A DNA stretch of 12,816 bases. Source: Elusimicrobiota bacterium (GTDB taxonomy: Bacteria > Elusimicrobiota > Elusimicrobia > UBA1565). Where the stretch lies: the NCBI GenBank assembly GCA_043819795.1, contig JBDREN010000010.1:1-12816 (forward strand). Direction: 5' to 3'. This document shows, one piece after another, positions 1 to 6,862 of this stretch (position 1 is the first letter of the stretch; every line of letters starts with the position of its first letter). The position numbers and the translations under genes were made by a program. Below the pieces are notes generated by a model, which was not told the DNA's origin, did not search any database, and saw only the letters and a list, made by a program, of their open reading frames with translations.

Positions 1-5
1 TGACC

Positions 6-62
6 ATGACCGAGCATACGCGAGGAAATGGTCGCGTCCATCGCCGTAGGAGGCGACCATGA
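6..62 (+). CDS. Putative 18-aa mini-[21 protein letters not shown] (repeat copy 1)
   Basis: ATG 6-8 lies 2 nt after a TGA at 1-3 (possibly the upstream gene's stop). Its stop TGA 60-62 overlaps the next ATG 59-61 (ATGA). Translation is not demonstrated. Confidence 0.45.
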   Translation: MTEHTRGNGRVHRRRRRP

Positions 63-115
63 CCGAGCATACGCGAGGAAATGGTCGCGTCCATCGCCGT
101 AGGAGGCGACCATGA
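59..115 (+). CDS. Putative 18-aa mini-[21 protein letters not shown] (repeat copy 2)
   Basis: GGAGG at 49-53 lies 5 nt before ATG 59. Its TGA 113-115 overlaps the kinase ATG 112-114. Confidence 0.5.
   Translation: MTEHTRGNGRVHRRRRRP
81..113 (+). promoter_or_regulatory. RNA hairpin covering the kinase Shine-Dalgarno (GGAGG 102-106) and start codon
   Basis: 81-92 (ATGGTCGCGTCC) pairs with 102-113 (GGAGGCGACCAT) at 11 of 12 positions, with one G-G mismatch and a 9-nt loop. The same hairpin occurs at 28-60. Confidence 0.6.
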
Positions 116-1500
116 CCATTAGGGGGCGCTTCAGCTGGATCTTCGTCTGCGGGATCCTCACGGTCGCCCTAGGGGTCTCGGCCAGCCTATTGGGCATGGA
201 GTGGGCCGAGCTCGAGCGCCAAGCCATGCAGAAGCCCCACCTGCTGCTCGACTCCGTCGCGCAGATAGCGGAGGAGTCCCTGCTCGTTGACGACCCCATG
301 CTCATCATGAGCCACCTGAACTTCCTGCAGAAGGACCGCGAGGAGATCGCGACCGTGCGCATCCGCCGGCAAGGGCGCTGGATGCCCGTGAAGACGCCGG
401 GGGCCCGCAGGCCGCCCGCGCCCGGGCCGCGGGTGATACTAAGCAGGACGGCGCGCGTCCGGGCTCCGAACGGGGTCTTGAGATCCGTCACGGTGGAGAT
501 CGCGTTCTCCGGGGAGGTGCTGATGCGCGGGAGCCGGGCCCTGTTCGGGGAGAGCCTGAAGACGGCCGGGCTCATGGTCCTTCTCGTCGCGCTCTTGGGG
601 CTGCCTCTTTCGCTGTGGGCGGGAGGCCACCTGACCGGCCCGATCGCGGCGCTGAGCCGTGAGATCGACCGGGTGGCGGCGGGCAAGGAGCACCGGCCCA
701 TCCCCGTGGCCGACCACGACGAGCTGGGCGACCTGACCATGCGGTTCAACGTGATGGCCCAGAGGCTGGGGGAGCTCGACCGCATGAAGAAGGATTTCGT
801 CAGCTCGGTGACCCACGAGCTCAAGACCCCGCTGAGCGCCATCGAAAGCTACGCCCGCTTGGTGGCTCAGAACGCCGCTCTGGACGCGACCGGCCGCGAA
901 CAGATAAGGAGTATCGAGGAGAGCGCCCGGCGGCTGACGCGATTCATCACGCAGCTCTTGGAGGCGGCCCGCATCGAGCGGGGCATGATGGACCTCTCGC
1001 CCCAGTGGGCGGATCTCGCGCCTATCGTCCGGGACACCGTGATCTTCTGCAGGCCCCGCGCCCGGGAAGCGGATATCCAGCTCTCCTTCGAGCTGCCGCC
1101 GGGCGAGATGCGGGCCGAGGTCGACCCCGAACGCCTGCAGCAGGTCCTCAACAACCTGATCGGCAACGCCATCAAGTTCACGCCGAAGGAAGGCCGGGTG
1201 ACCGTCTACGCCAAGCCCGAGCGCTTCGACGGACGCGAAGGCGTCGAGATGGGGGTGATAGACACCGGCCCCGGCATCAGCCCGAAGGACCAGGAGCGCC
1301 TCTTCCGCCCGTTCGAGCGCATCGGAACGAAGCAGGCCGGGGGGACGGGGCTGGGACTGAGCATCGCCAAGAGCATCGTCGAGCTGCACGGAGGCCGGAT
1401 GGCCGTGGAGTCGGCCCCCGGGAAGGGGAGCCGGTTCTACTTCACGCTCCCGACGCGGATGGCCCGGGGCAGGATCGAGCCGGGTCCCGCGGCAAAATAA
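112..1500 (+). CDS. Membrane sensor histidine kinase (2 TM, short extracytoplasmic domain, HAMP, HisKA, HATPase_c), 462 aa
   Basis: Two hydrophobic segments; HAMP ([16 protein letters not shown]...[13 protein letters not shown]); H-box [14 protein letters not shown]-box [14 protein letters not shown]1 DTGPGI; F-box LFRPF; G2 [14 protein letters not shown]. Confidence 0.96.
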   Translation: MTIRGRFSWIFVCGILTVALGVSASLLGMEWAELERQAMQKPHLLLDSVAQIAEESLLVDDPMLIMSHLNFLQKDREEIATVRIRRQGRWMPVKTPGARRPPAPGPRVILSRTARVRAPNGVLRSVTVEIAFSGEVLMRGSRALFGESLKTAGLMVLLVALLGLPLSLWAGGHLTGPIAALSREIDRVAAGKEHRPIPVADHDELGDLTMRFNVMAQRLGELDRMKKDFVSSVTHELKTPLSAIESYARLVAQNAALDATGREQIRSIEESARRLTRFITQLLEAARIERGMMDLSPQWADLAPIVRDTVIFCRPRAREADIQLSFELPPGEMRAEVDPERLQQVLNNLIGNAIKFTPKEGRVTVYAKPERFDGREGVEMGVIDTGPGISPKDQERLFRPFERIGTKQAGGTGLGLSIAKSIVELHGGRMAVESAPGKGSRFYFTLPTRMARGRIEPGPAAK

Positions 1501-1516
1501 ATCCTAAACATGACCG

Positions 1517-1538
1517 TGCTATAACCCCTGACGGGAGA
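1517..1538 (+). promoter_or_regulatory. Candidate extended -10 promoter (TGcTATAAC 1517-1525) and SD-like GGGAGA (1533-1538)
   Basis: AT-rich island in GC-rich DNA just upstream of ATG 1542. TGn plus a 5/6 match to TATAAT, though the mismatch is at the usually conserved last T. Confidence 0.45.
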
Positions 1539-1541
1539 GTC

Positions 1542-3809
1542 ATGCTCTACTGGACCAAGGTGAACGACGGGCTCCAAGGGCCCTTCGAGCCCGCGGAGTT
1601 GCTCCGATTGCCCGGCATATCGGGCGACACCATGGTCTGTCCGGCGCCCAAGCTCGACGCATGGGTCAAGCTCAGCGACGTCCCCGAGCTGGCGCTCCTG
1701 CTCGAGATGAAGGGCTCCTGCTCCGAGCTGGCCGAACGGAACAAGCGGATGGAGGAGCGGGTCCGCAGGCAGGAGAAGGACTACCAGGACGCGGCCGGAA
1801 AGCTCAACGACACCGTCGCGGGCCTCCGTTCGGAGCTGGAGCAGCGGAGGTCCGATCTGGAGCGGACCTCCGCCCGCCTCGCGTCTCAGAATATGGAGAC
1901 CGAGACGATCCAGTCCCGGCTCCGCGAGCTGAAGTCCGAATATCTCAAGATGCAGCGGGACTCCGCGGCGGAGCAGGCAGGCCTGCGGATCGGCCGCGAG
2001 CAGATCGACGAGGAGCTGGCCCGGAAGGAGGACGAGCTGCGGAAGATCAAGGAGCAGTTCCAGCAGGCCAGCGAGAAGGGCGAGGAGCTGCGCAAGCAGC
2101 TGAAGCAGAACGCGCGCGGCTCGGAGGGAGACCGCAAGGAGCTGTGGCATCTGGAGAAGCAATGGCTGGACGTCTCCCAGAAGAACCAGCTCCTCCGGGA
2201 GGCCAAGGCCGAGCTGGAGGAGGAGATCAAGAAGTCCGGGCAGGCCCAGGAGCGCTCGGCGAGGGAGAACGAGGTCCTCCGCCGGAGGCTGGACGAGGTG
2301 AAAAAGGAGCTCCGGCGGATGCACGCCCAGGCCAAGCATTCCGAGAAGCAGGCGGAGGCGATGCGGGAGGCCCTGGAGACGAGGGAGAGCGAGGTGGAGC
2401 TGCTCAGAAAGGAGACGATCCACCAGCGGGAGCACGCCCGCGAGTCCCAAGGCCGCCTCATGGAGCAGCGGGAGCGGGACGTGAGCTCCAAGGAGGTCGA
2501 GCTGGACCGGCTCCGCGAGGAGGCGAACCGCGAGGTGGAGCAGGCGCGCGAGATCCGGGAACGACTCCAGAACGAGCTGGAGATGCTCCGGCAAGAGTCC
2601 ATCCGCCAGGCGGAGTACGCCCGGGAGATCCAGCAGCGCCTCGAGCTGGAGCTGAAGGAAGCCGTGGCGGCGAAGGACAACGAAGTCGCCCTCCTGCGCA
2701 AGGAAGCGAGCCATCAGACGCAGCACGCACAGGAGATCCAGAAACGGTTCGAGACCGAGCTGAGCAGCCTGCACACGCTCGCCGACGAGAAAGAGAAGCG
2801 GGTCCGGCAGATCCGGGCGGAGCTGGAGGAGAACAAGGAGGGTAGCCTCAAGACCGAGTCCGAGCTGCGCAGGCTTCAGAAACGATCGACGCTCGGCGAA
2901 GAGGAATCGCGCGACGAGATCGCGTTCCTTACCAAACAGCTTGAGAAGCAGCGCCAGCGCGGCGAGCAGGGGGAGAAGGGCCTCCAGGACTCCCTCATCG
3001 AGATCGCGCGCCTGAGCGAGGTCGAGGATGAACTGCGCAGCGCGCTCGACGGGATGAAGCGCGCCTTGGTCCAGAAAGAGTCGCGGCTCGAGATGATGGA
3101 GGCCCGCTTGGCGGAGATGCGCGGCGTCCGGGAGAAGACCTCCGAAGCGACCCGGCAAGCCGGCCTCGGCTCGGCTTACGGGCAGGGCCCGGCAGCGCCC
3201 CCGGCCCCGCAACGGGGCGGACCACCCGCACGCCCCGGGCCGTCCGGCGGGGGGGGCGGCGCCGGGCCGCCCGGAGGCGTCGAGGACCGCCTGGAGCGCG
3301 TGGAGGGCCTCTACCGGTCGGTCTCGAAGAGCGTCAGCAGCCTCGCCCGCAAGAGTCCTGACGTCCGCGCGCCGCTCCCGTCCGCGCCGCCCGCCCCCGC
3401 GCCGCCCGCCCCCGGGCCTCACCGCGCGACTCTTGTCTACATGCTCTGGGGCTTCTGGGCCGCGCTGGTGCTCGGCCTGGCCTGGTACCTCGCTTCCCTG
3501 CTGCTCTTATCGCATGGACGAGCGCTCGCGCCTGAGGCGATCCCGCACCCGGCTCAGGAGTCTTTGATGCCGATCCCGGACCTGGAGCCTCCGACGCTTC
3601 CGCCCGTGCCGGAGAGCGTCGCTCTGCCGCCCACGGACATCCCGGAGGCGGAACCGCCCGCGCCCGAGCCGAAGCGGAAGCCGAAGTCCCCCGCGAAGGA
3701 AGAGGCCAACAAGAAGCCCGCGACGCCGAGACCGAAGCCGAATAAACCCGAGCCCAAGGCCCCGCCCGAGCCGCGTCCTCTGCCGGGCTTCCCCGGGATC
3801 ACCGAGTAG
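1542..3809 (+). CDS. GYF_2 (DUF4339)-like N-terminal domain, ~500-aa coiled coil, Pro/Gly linker, single TM helix and Pro/Lys-rich C-terminal tail; 755 aa
   Basis: N-terminus MLYWTKVNDGLQGPFEPAELLRLPGISGDTMVCPA..DAWVKLSDVPEL fits the GYF_2 pattern (W..GPF...L....T.V...W). E/R/K/Q/L-rich heptad region follows. TM LVYMLWGFWAALVLGLAWYLASLLLL at ~3432-3509. Start moved from 1005 (ORF track) to 1542 because the longer version overlaps the kinase. Confidence 0.88.
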   Translation: MLYWTKVNDGLQGPFEPAELLRLPGISGDTMVCPAPKLDAWVKLSDVPELALLLEMKGSCSELAERNKRMEERVRRQEKDYQDAAGKLNDTVAGLRSELEQRRSDLERTSARLASQNMETETIQSRLRELKSEYLKMQRDSAAEQAGLRIGREQIDEELARKEDELRKIKEQFQQASEKGEELRKQLKQNARGSEGDRKELWHLEKQWLDVSQKNQLLREAKAELEEEIKKSGQAQERSARENEVLRRRLDEVKKELRRMHAQAKHSEKQAEAMREALETRESEVELLRKETIHQREHARESQGRLMEQRERDVSSKEVELDRLREEANREVEQAREIRERLQNELEMLRQESIRQAEYAREIQQRLELELKEAVAAKDNEVALLRKEASHQTQHAQEIQKRFETELSSLHTLADEKEKRVRQIRAELEENKEGSLKTESELRRLQKRSTLGEEESRDEIAFLTKQLEKQRQRGEQGEKGLQDSLIEIARLSEVEDELRSALDGMKRALVQKESRLEMMEARLAEMRGVREKTSEATRQAGLGSAYGQGPAAPPAPQRGGPPARPGPSGGGGGAGPPGGVEDRLERVEGLYRSVSKSVSSLARKSPDVRAPLPSAPPAPAPPAPGPHRATLVYMLWGFWAALVLGLAWYLASLLLLSHGRALAPEAIPHPAQESLMPIPDLEPPTLPPVPESVALPPTDIPEAEPPAPEPKRKPKSPAKEEANKKPATPRPKPNKPEPKAPPEPRPLPGFPGITE
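2391..2750 (+). repeat. Four degenerate 23-aa coiled-coil repeats with 36/25/36-aa spacing
   Basis: EVELLRKETIHQREHARESQGRL / ELDRLREEANREVEQAREIRERL / ELEMLRQESIRQAEYAREIQQRL / EVALLRKEASHQTQHAQEIQKRF. Confidence 0.8.
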
Positions 3810-3815
3810 ATGCCG

Positions 3816-3840
3816 GCGCCGCAGGCTTGCCCTGCGGCGC
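3816..3840 (+). terminator. Strong GC hairpin just after the stop codon (possible atypical terminator or mRNA-stabilising stem)
   Basis: GCGCCGCAGG-cttgc-CCTGCGGCGC is a perfect 10-bp stem 6 nt after TAG 3809. There is no U-tract. Confidence 0.45.
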
Positions 3841-3858
3841 TCAGTCCGCCGCGTTGCC

Positions 3859-3914
3859 GGGAACTCTAATGTTCCCATCCGCGAAATATCTCATTAACAG
3901 TCTTTCTATACACT
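3859..3914 (+). promoter_or_regulatory. AT-rich promoter region with palindrome GGGAAC-N6-GTTCCC (3859-3876) and -10-like TACACT (3909-3914)
   Basis: Inverted repeat seen directly. TAnnnT hexamer lies 9 nt before ATG 3924, with no SD. Confidence 0.4.
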
Positions 3915-3923
3915 GATGGTCCC

Positions 3924-6074
3924 ATGAGGTTCTTCCGGCTCGCGACCCGCGTCCTGTTCGCGGCGGTCTTTTCTTTCTGCGCGTTGGCGGCCGACCGCCG
4001 GCCGCTCGCGCCCGCCATGTCCCCGCCGCCCTCGCCAGCGGACTTCATCATCAGCGGCCACAGGCTCTACTACGAAGGGCGGCCCGGGGAGGCCGTCGCC
4101 GCCTACCGGGAGGCGCTCAGGCGCGACGCGCGAAGCCTCGAGGCCTGGGTCAACGGAGCCGTCGTCTGGGGAGACCTGGCCGACGCGGACCGGGAAGCCC
4201 GCTGGTACCGGAAAGCCGCCGGACTGGCGCCCGGCGACCCGCACGTCCGCACCGCCCTGGCCGAGGCGGAGCTGCGTCGCGGCAGGCACAGCGCCGCCCG
4301 GCTGGAGCTCGAGCGCGTGCTCGCCGCGCACCCCCGCGAACCGCACGCCCTGATCGCGCGCGGCCGCGTGGAGCTCGCCTCGGGGCGGCCGAAGGCGGCG
4401 ATCGTCTGGCTGCGGAAGGCCGCCGAGTCCGCGCCGGAGACGACGCAGGCCCACTTCTGGCTGGGCCGCGCGTACGCGGCGGCCGGAGACCGGTCACGAG
4501 CGGTCGAGGCGTACCGGAAGGCCGCGCTGGGAGACTCCTACTTCACGAGCGCCCGATACGCCCTCGCGCGCGAGCTGACGCGCGACAAGCGCTACCACGA
4601 GGCCTCGGCGCACCTCGGCCGCCTCGTCAACGCCGCGCCCGCCAACAAGACCTTCCGCCGCCTGGCGCGGACCGTCCGGGCGGGGTTGGACGCCGGCGGC
4701 GGCTACCGGAACAGCCTGGCCGCTCCGGGCGCGCGAGAGGCGGCGCGGTCCGCGAAGCCCCTTCCCATGATGCCGCCCCCGAGCGGCAAGGTGCCGGGAC
4801 TGCGCGTCGGGGTCGGCACGACGGGCATGGGAAAACCCTTGGCCTGGAACGGCGTCCTTTTCTCGGCGACCACGCGCTTCACAGTCCGCGACGCGGGCTC
4901 CGGGAAGCGGCTCGCGTCCGGCAACGCCGGCGAACGCTGGGAGATCCGTCTCATCGAAAAGGAGCGGCCAGGCATGGAGCTCCTGGACGCGGGGGGGCGG
5001 CGCGTCCTGCGGACCCGCCGGCCGATCATCATCCGGCCGCGCGTACGCCGGGGGGGGACGACCTACATCCGCGAGCCGTGGCGGGGATCCTCGCAAGGCG
5101 ACCCGCGCCTCGCCCGAGTCCTGAGGGGGGAGATCGAGCTCTCCCCGTACCTCTCGGGGCTGAAGATCGTCAACGTCATAGACCTGGAGAGCTACACCCA
5201 CGGCGTGCTCACGGCGGAGATGCCGGTCGACTCGCCGATGGAGGCGCTCAAGACCCAGGCCGTCCTGGCGCGCACGCACGCGCTCTTCATCGGGAGCGTC
5301 CGCCGGCGTCACAAACGCGACGGATTCGATCTCTGCGACGGCCAGCACTGCCAGGTCTATTCCGGGGTCCAGGCGGAGACCGCACGTTCGCGCGCCGTGG
5401 TGAACGCCACCCGGGGCCGCGTCGTCACCTATCGCGGCCGCATCGCCAACGTCCTCTACTCCTCCAACTGCGGGGGCCATACCCAGAGCGCCGGCGACAT
5501 CCAGGGCTGGGGCGACGTCCCGTACTTCCACGGCGTCTCGGACGCCCCGACATCGGTCTCCGTCCCGGCGCCGGTCTCCGTCCCGGCCTCCCCCTGGAGG
5601 CTGAGGCGGTCGCTGCGCGGAGCGCCGCCGGCCTACTGCCGCGCCTCGTCCCACGTCTCGCCGGCGCACTTTCGGTGGACGCGGGTCGTCCCAGCCGCCG
5701 AGCTCGAGGCCCGGCTGGACCGGCACCTGGGCATCGGGCGGCTCCGGGGCATCCTGCCGCTCCGGCGCGCGAGATCGGGGCATCTCGGCTCGATCCTCGT
5801 GAGAGGCAGCCGCAGCAGCCGGGAGATCACCTCGGAGATCCAGATCCGCGGCCTCTTCGGGATCGGCTCCCAGCGCAGCTCCCTTTTCGTCGTGGACACC
5901 GAGCTCGACGCCGAGGGCCGCCCCGAGACCTTCACGTTCTACGGGGGCGGGTGGGGGCACGGCGTCGGACTCTGCCAATCGGGCGCGATGGGACGCGCCG
6001 AGCGGGGCCATTCCTACGCCGAGATCCTGAGAGCCTACTACCGGGACACCGAGGTCGGGGACCTCAGATACTGA
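3924..6074 (+). CDS. Exported TPR-repeat + SpoIID/LytB-domain protein (putative peptidoglycan lytic transglycosylase), 716 aa
   Basis: Signal peptide MRFFRLATRVLFAAVFSFCALA; about 5-6 TPR-like units (EAVAAYREALRRD, AHFWLGRAY, AVEAYRKA); SpoIID motifs LESYTHGVLTAEMP (catalytic-position Glu, codon 5217), EALKTQAVLART, H...CDGQHCQVY, YSSNCGGHT, GWGHGVGLCQSGA, YAEILRAYY. Confidence 0.93.
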   Translation: MRFFRLATRVLFAAVFSFCALAADRRPLAPAMSPPPSPADFIISGHRLYYEGRPGEAVAAYREALRRDARSLEAWVNGAVVWGDLADADREARWYRKAAGLAPGDPHVRTALAEAELRRGRHSAARLELERVLAAHPREPHALIARGRVELASGRPKAAIVWLRKAAESAPETTQAHFWLGRAYAAAGDRSRAVEAYRKAALGDSYFTSARYALARELTRDKRYHEASAHLGRLVNAAPANKTFRRLARTVRAGLDAGGGYRNSLAAPGAREAARSAKPLPMMPPPSGKVPGLRVGVGTTGMGKPLAWNGVLFSATTRFTVRDAGSGKRLASGNAGERWEIRLIEKERPGMELLDAGGRRVLRTRRPIIIRPRVRRGGTTYIREPWRGSSQGDPRLARVLRGEIELSPYLSGLKIVNVIDLESYTHGVLTAEMPVDSPMEALKTQAVLARTHALFIGSVRRRHKRDGFDLCDGQHCQVYSGVQAETARSRAVVNATRGRVVTYRGRIANVLYSSNCGGHTQSAGDIQGWGDVPYFHGVSDAPTSVSVPAPVSVPASPWRLRRSLRGAPPAYCRASSHVSPAHFRWTRVVPAAELEARLDRHLGIGRLRGILPLRRARSGHLGSILVRGSRSSREITSEIQIRGLFGIGSQRSSLFVVDTELDAEGRPETFTFYGGGWGHGVGLCQSGAMGRAERGHSYAEILRAYYRDTEVGDLRY
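5554..5587 (+). repeat. In-frame 18-bp-period tandem duplication (VSVPA twice)
   Basis: CGGTCTCCGTCCCGGC at 5554-5569 and 5572-5587. Confidence 0.85.
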
Positions 6075-6120
6075 CGGCGTACCTTTATATGCGTTGTCTC
6101 CCGCGGGAGGAAAAGATAAC

Positions 6121-6768
6121 ATGAGACCCGTGAGACGCGTCCTGCCGGTGTTGTTCCTCCTGCTCGCCAGCGGCTGCCGCGGAACGGCCCCGGCCCACTA
6201 CGGCGACTCGCGACTGGGCTTCGGCGCCGTCCTGGTGGGCGCCCGGCTCCTGCTGCCCACGGGGGAGTCCGGCGCGGGGGACATGAGGATCAACCTCGAG
6301 TCGAAAGCGGAGCGCTACCGGCTGCGCCTGGAGCCGGGCGAGACCTCCCTCTTCCGGGTGGAGCCCGACATCTACCGATTGCACCCGTCCCGCCGCCTCT
6401 TCGGCGGGATCCAGAGACATCTTCGCGTGAGCATCGCCGGCAGGACGTACCGCGTGCCGTTCCCGCGCGATATCCTTCGTAAAGAGGCCGTTGACGTCCG
6501 GCCCACCAAGGTCGTGCCGATCGGCGTCCTCGAGGCGCGCCTGCTTCCGATCCGCCGGGGCCGGAGCCCGAAGATCGAGCTCCGCCTCGACGACAGCCTG
6601 GAGGCCCGCCGCCGCCTGATCGAGCACGTCATCGCCATGCAGATGGACCCCGACACGCCCCCGCGCATCCGCGACAGCTCCATCAGCTGGGTGCGCGCCC
6701 TCGAGCAGGCCCTCATCCGCATCCAGGGCGAGCAGGAAGCCAAACCCTCTTACAAACCCTCCCAGTGA
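6121..6768 (+). CDS. Hypothetical lipoprotein, 215 aa
   Basis: SD GGGAGG 6105-6110 precedes ATG 6121. MRPVRRVLPVLFLLLASG-C has a basic N-region, hydrophobic core and lipobox-like Cys19. GC3-biased codons. No family recognised. Confidence 0.8.
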   Translation: MRPVRRVLPVLFLLLASGCRGTAPAHYGDSRLGFGAVLVGARLLLPTGESGAGDMRINLESKAERYRLRLEPGETSLFRVEPDIYRLHPSRRLFGGIQRHLRVSIAGRTYRVPFPRDILRKEAVDVRPTKVVPIGVLEARLLPIRRGRSPKIELRLDDSLEARRRLIEHVIAMQMDPDTPPRIRDSSISWVRALEQALIRIQGEQEAKPSYKPSQ

Positions 6769-6834
6769 GCCGCGGGCGGGCGTCCGGAAGACGCGCCGCC
6801 TTCGCTCACGCGCGCGCCCGCGGTTCGCGCCCGC
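6767..6834. other. GC-rich intergenic region with nested and alternative inverted repeats
   Basis: CCGCGGGCG 6770-6778 pairs with CGCCCGCGG 6815-6823; its GCGGGCG core can alternatively pair with CGCCCGC 6828-6834. Inner hairpin GCGTC-cggaa-GACGC 6780-6794. GTGAGC 6765-6770 pairs with GCTCAC 6804-6809. Confidence 0.45.
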
Positions 6835-6839
6835 AAAAT

Positions 6840-6848
6840 TGCTATGAT
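6840..6848 (+). promoter_or_regulatory. Extended -10 promoter TGcTATGAT for the rpiB-kdsC-wza-wzc unit
   Basis: TGn plus TATGAT (5/6 match to TATAAT) in an AT-rich patch 14 nt upstream of ATG 6863. No clear SD. Confidence 0.6.
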
Positions 6849-6862
6849 ACGGGCCGAGACGC

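Larger units (their letters stand above)
2..117 (+). repeat. Perfect 53-bp direct tandem repeat (copies 2-54 and 55-107, plus a 10-bp partial copy 108-117); MIRU-like intergenic element
   Basis: Unit GACCATGACCGAGCATACGCGAGGAAATGGTCGCGTCCATCGCCGTAGGAGGC occurs twice identically, and GACCATGACC recurs at 2, 55 and 108. Base 1 is T rather than the C that ends a unit, so the array starts inside the window. Confidence 0.97.

Noticed and set aside
2..117. 53-bp repeat as a CRISPR array
   Set aside because: The units are contiguous and identical with no unique spacers, and no cas genes are present.
1005..1541. N-terminal 179 aa of the 934-aa ORF
   Set aside because: It overlaps the kinase catalytic domain in another frame and has low-complexity R/G/P composition. 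A promoter-like site, SD and domain start all point to ATG 1542.
1509..1544. CATGAC...GTCATG inverted repeat over the 1542 start
   Set aside because: Only 6 bp with a 24-nt loop, and the 5' arm lies upstream of the predicted local transcription start. Plausibly chance.
3859..3876. LexA (SOS) box
   Set aside because: The spacer is 6 nt (GAAC-N6-GTTC), not the GAAC-N4-GTTC Firmicute/actinobacterial box. Kept only as a generic palindrome.
3924..6074. Evidence for sporulation
   Set aside because: SpoIID/LytB domains are widespread in non-sporulating bacteria, and no other sporulation genes are present.
6094..6120. TTG start at 6094 for the lipoprotein
   Set aside because: The SD at 6105-6110 and signal-peptide geometry favour ATG 6121.
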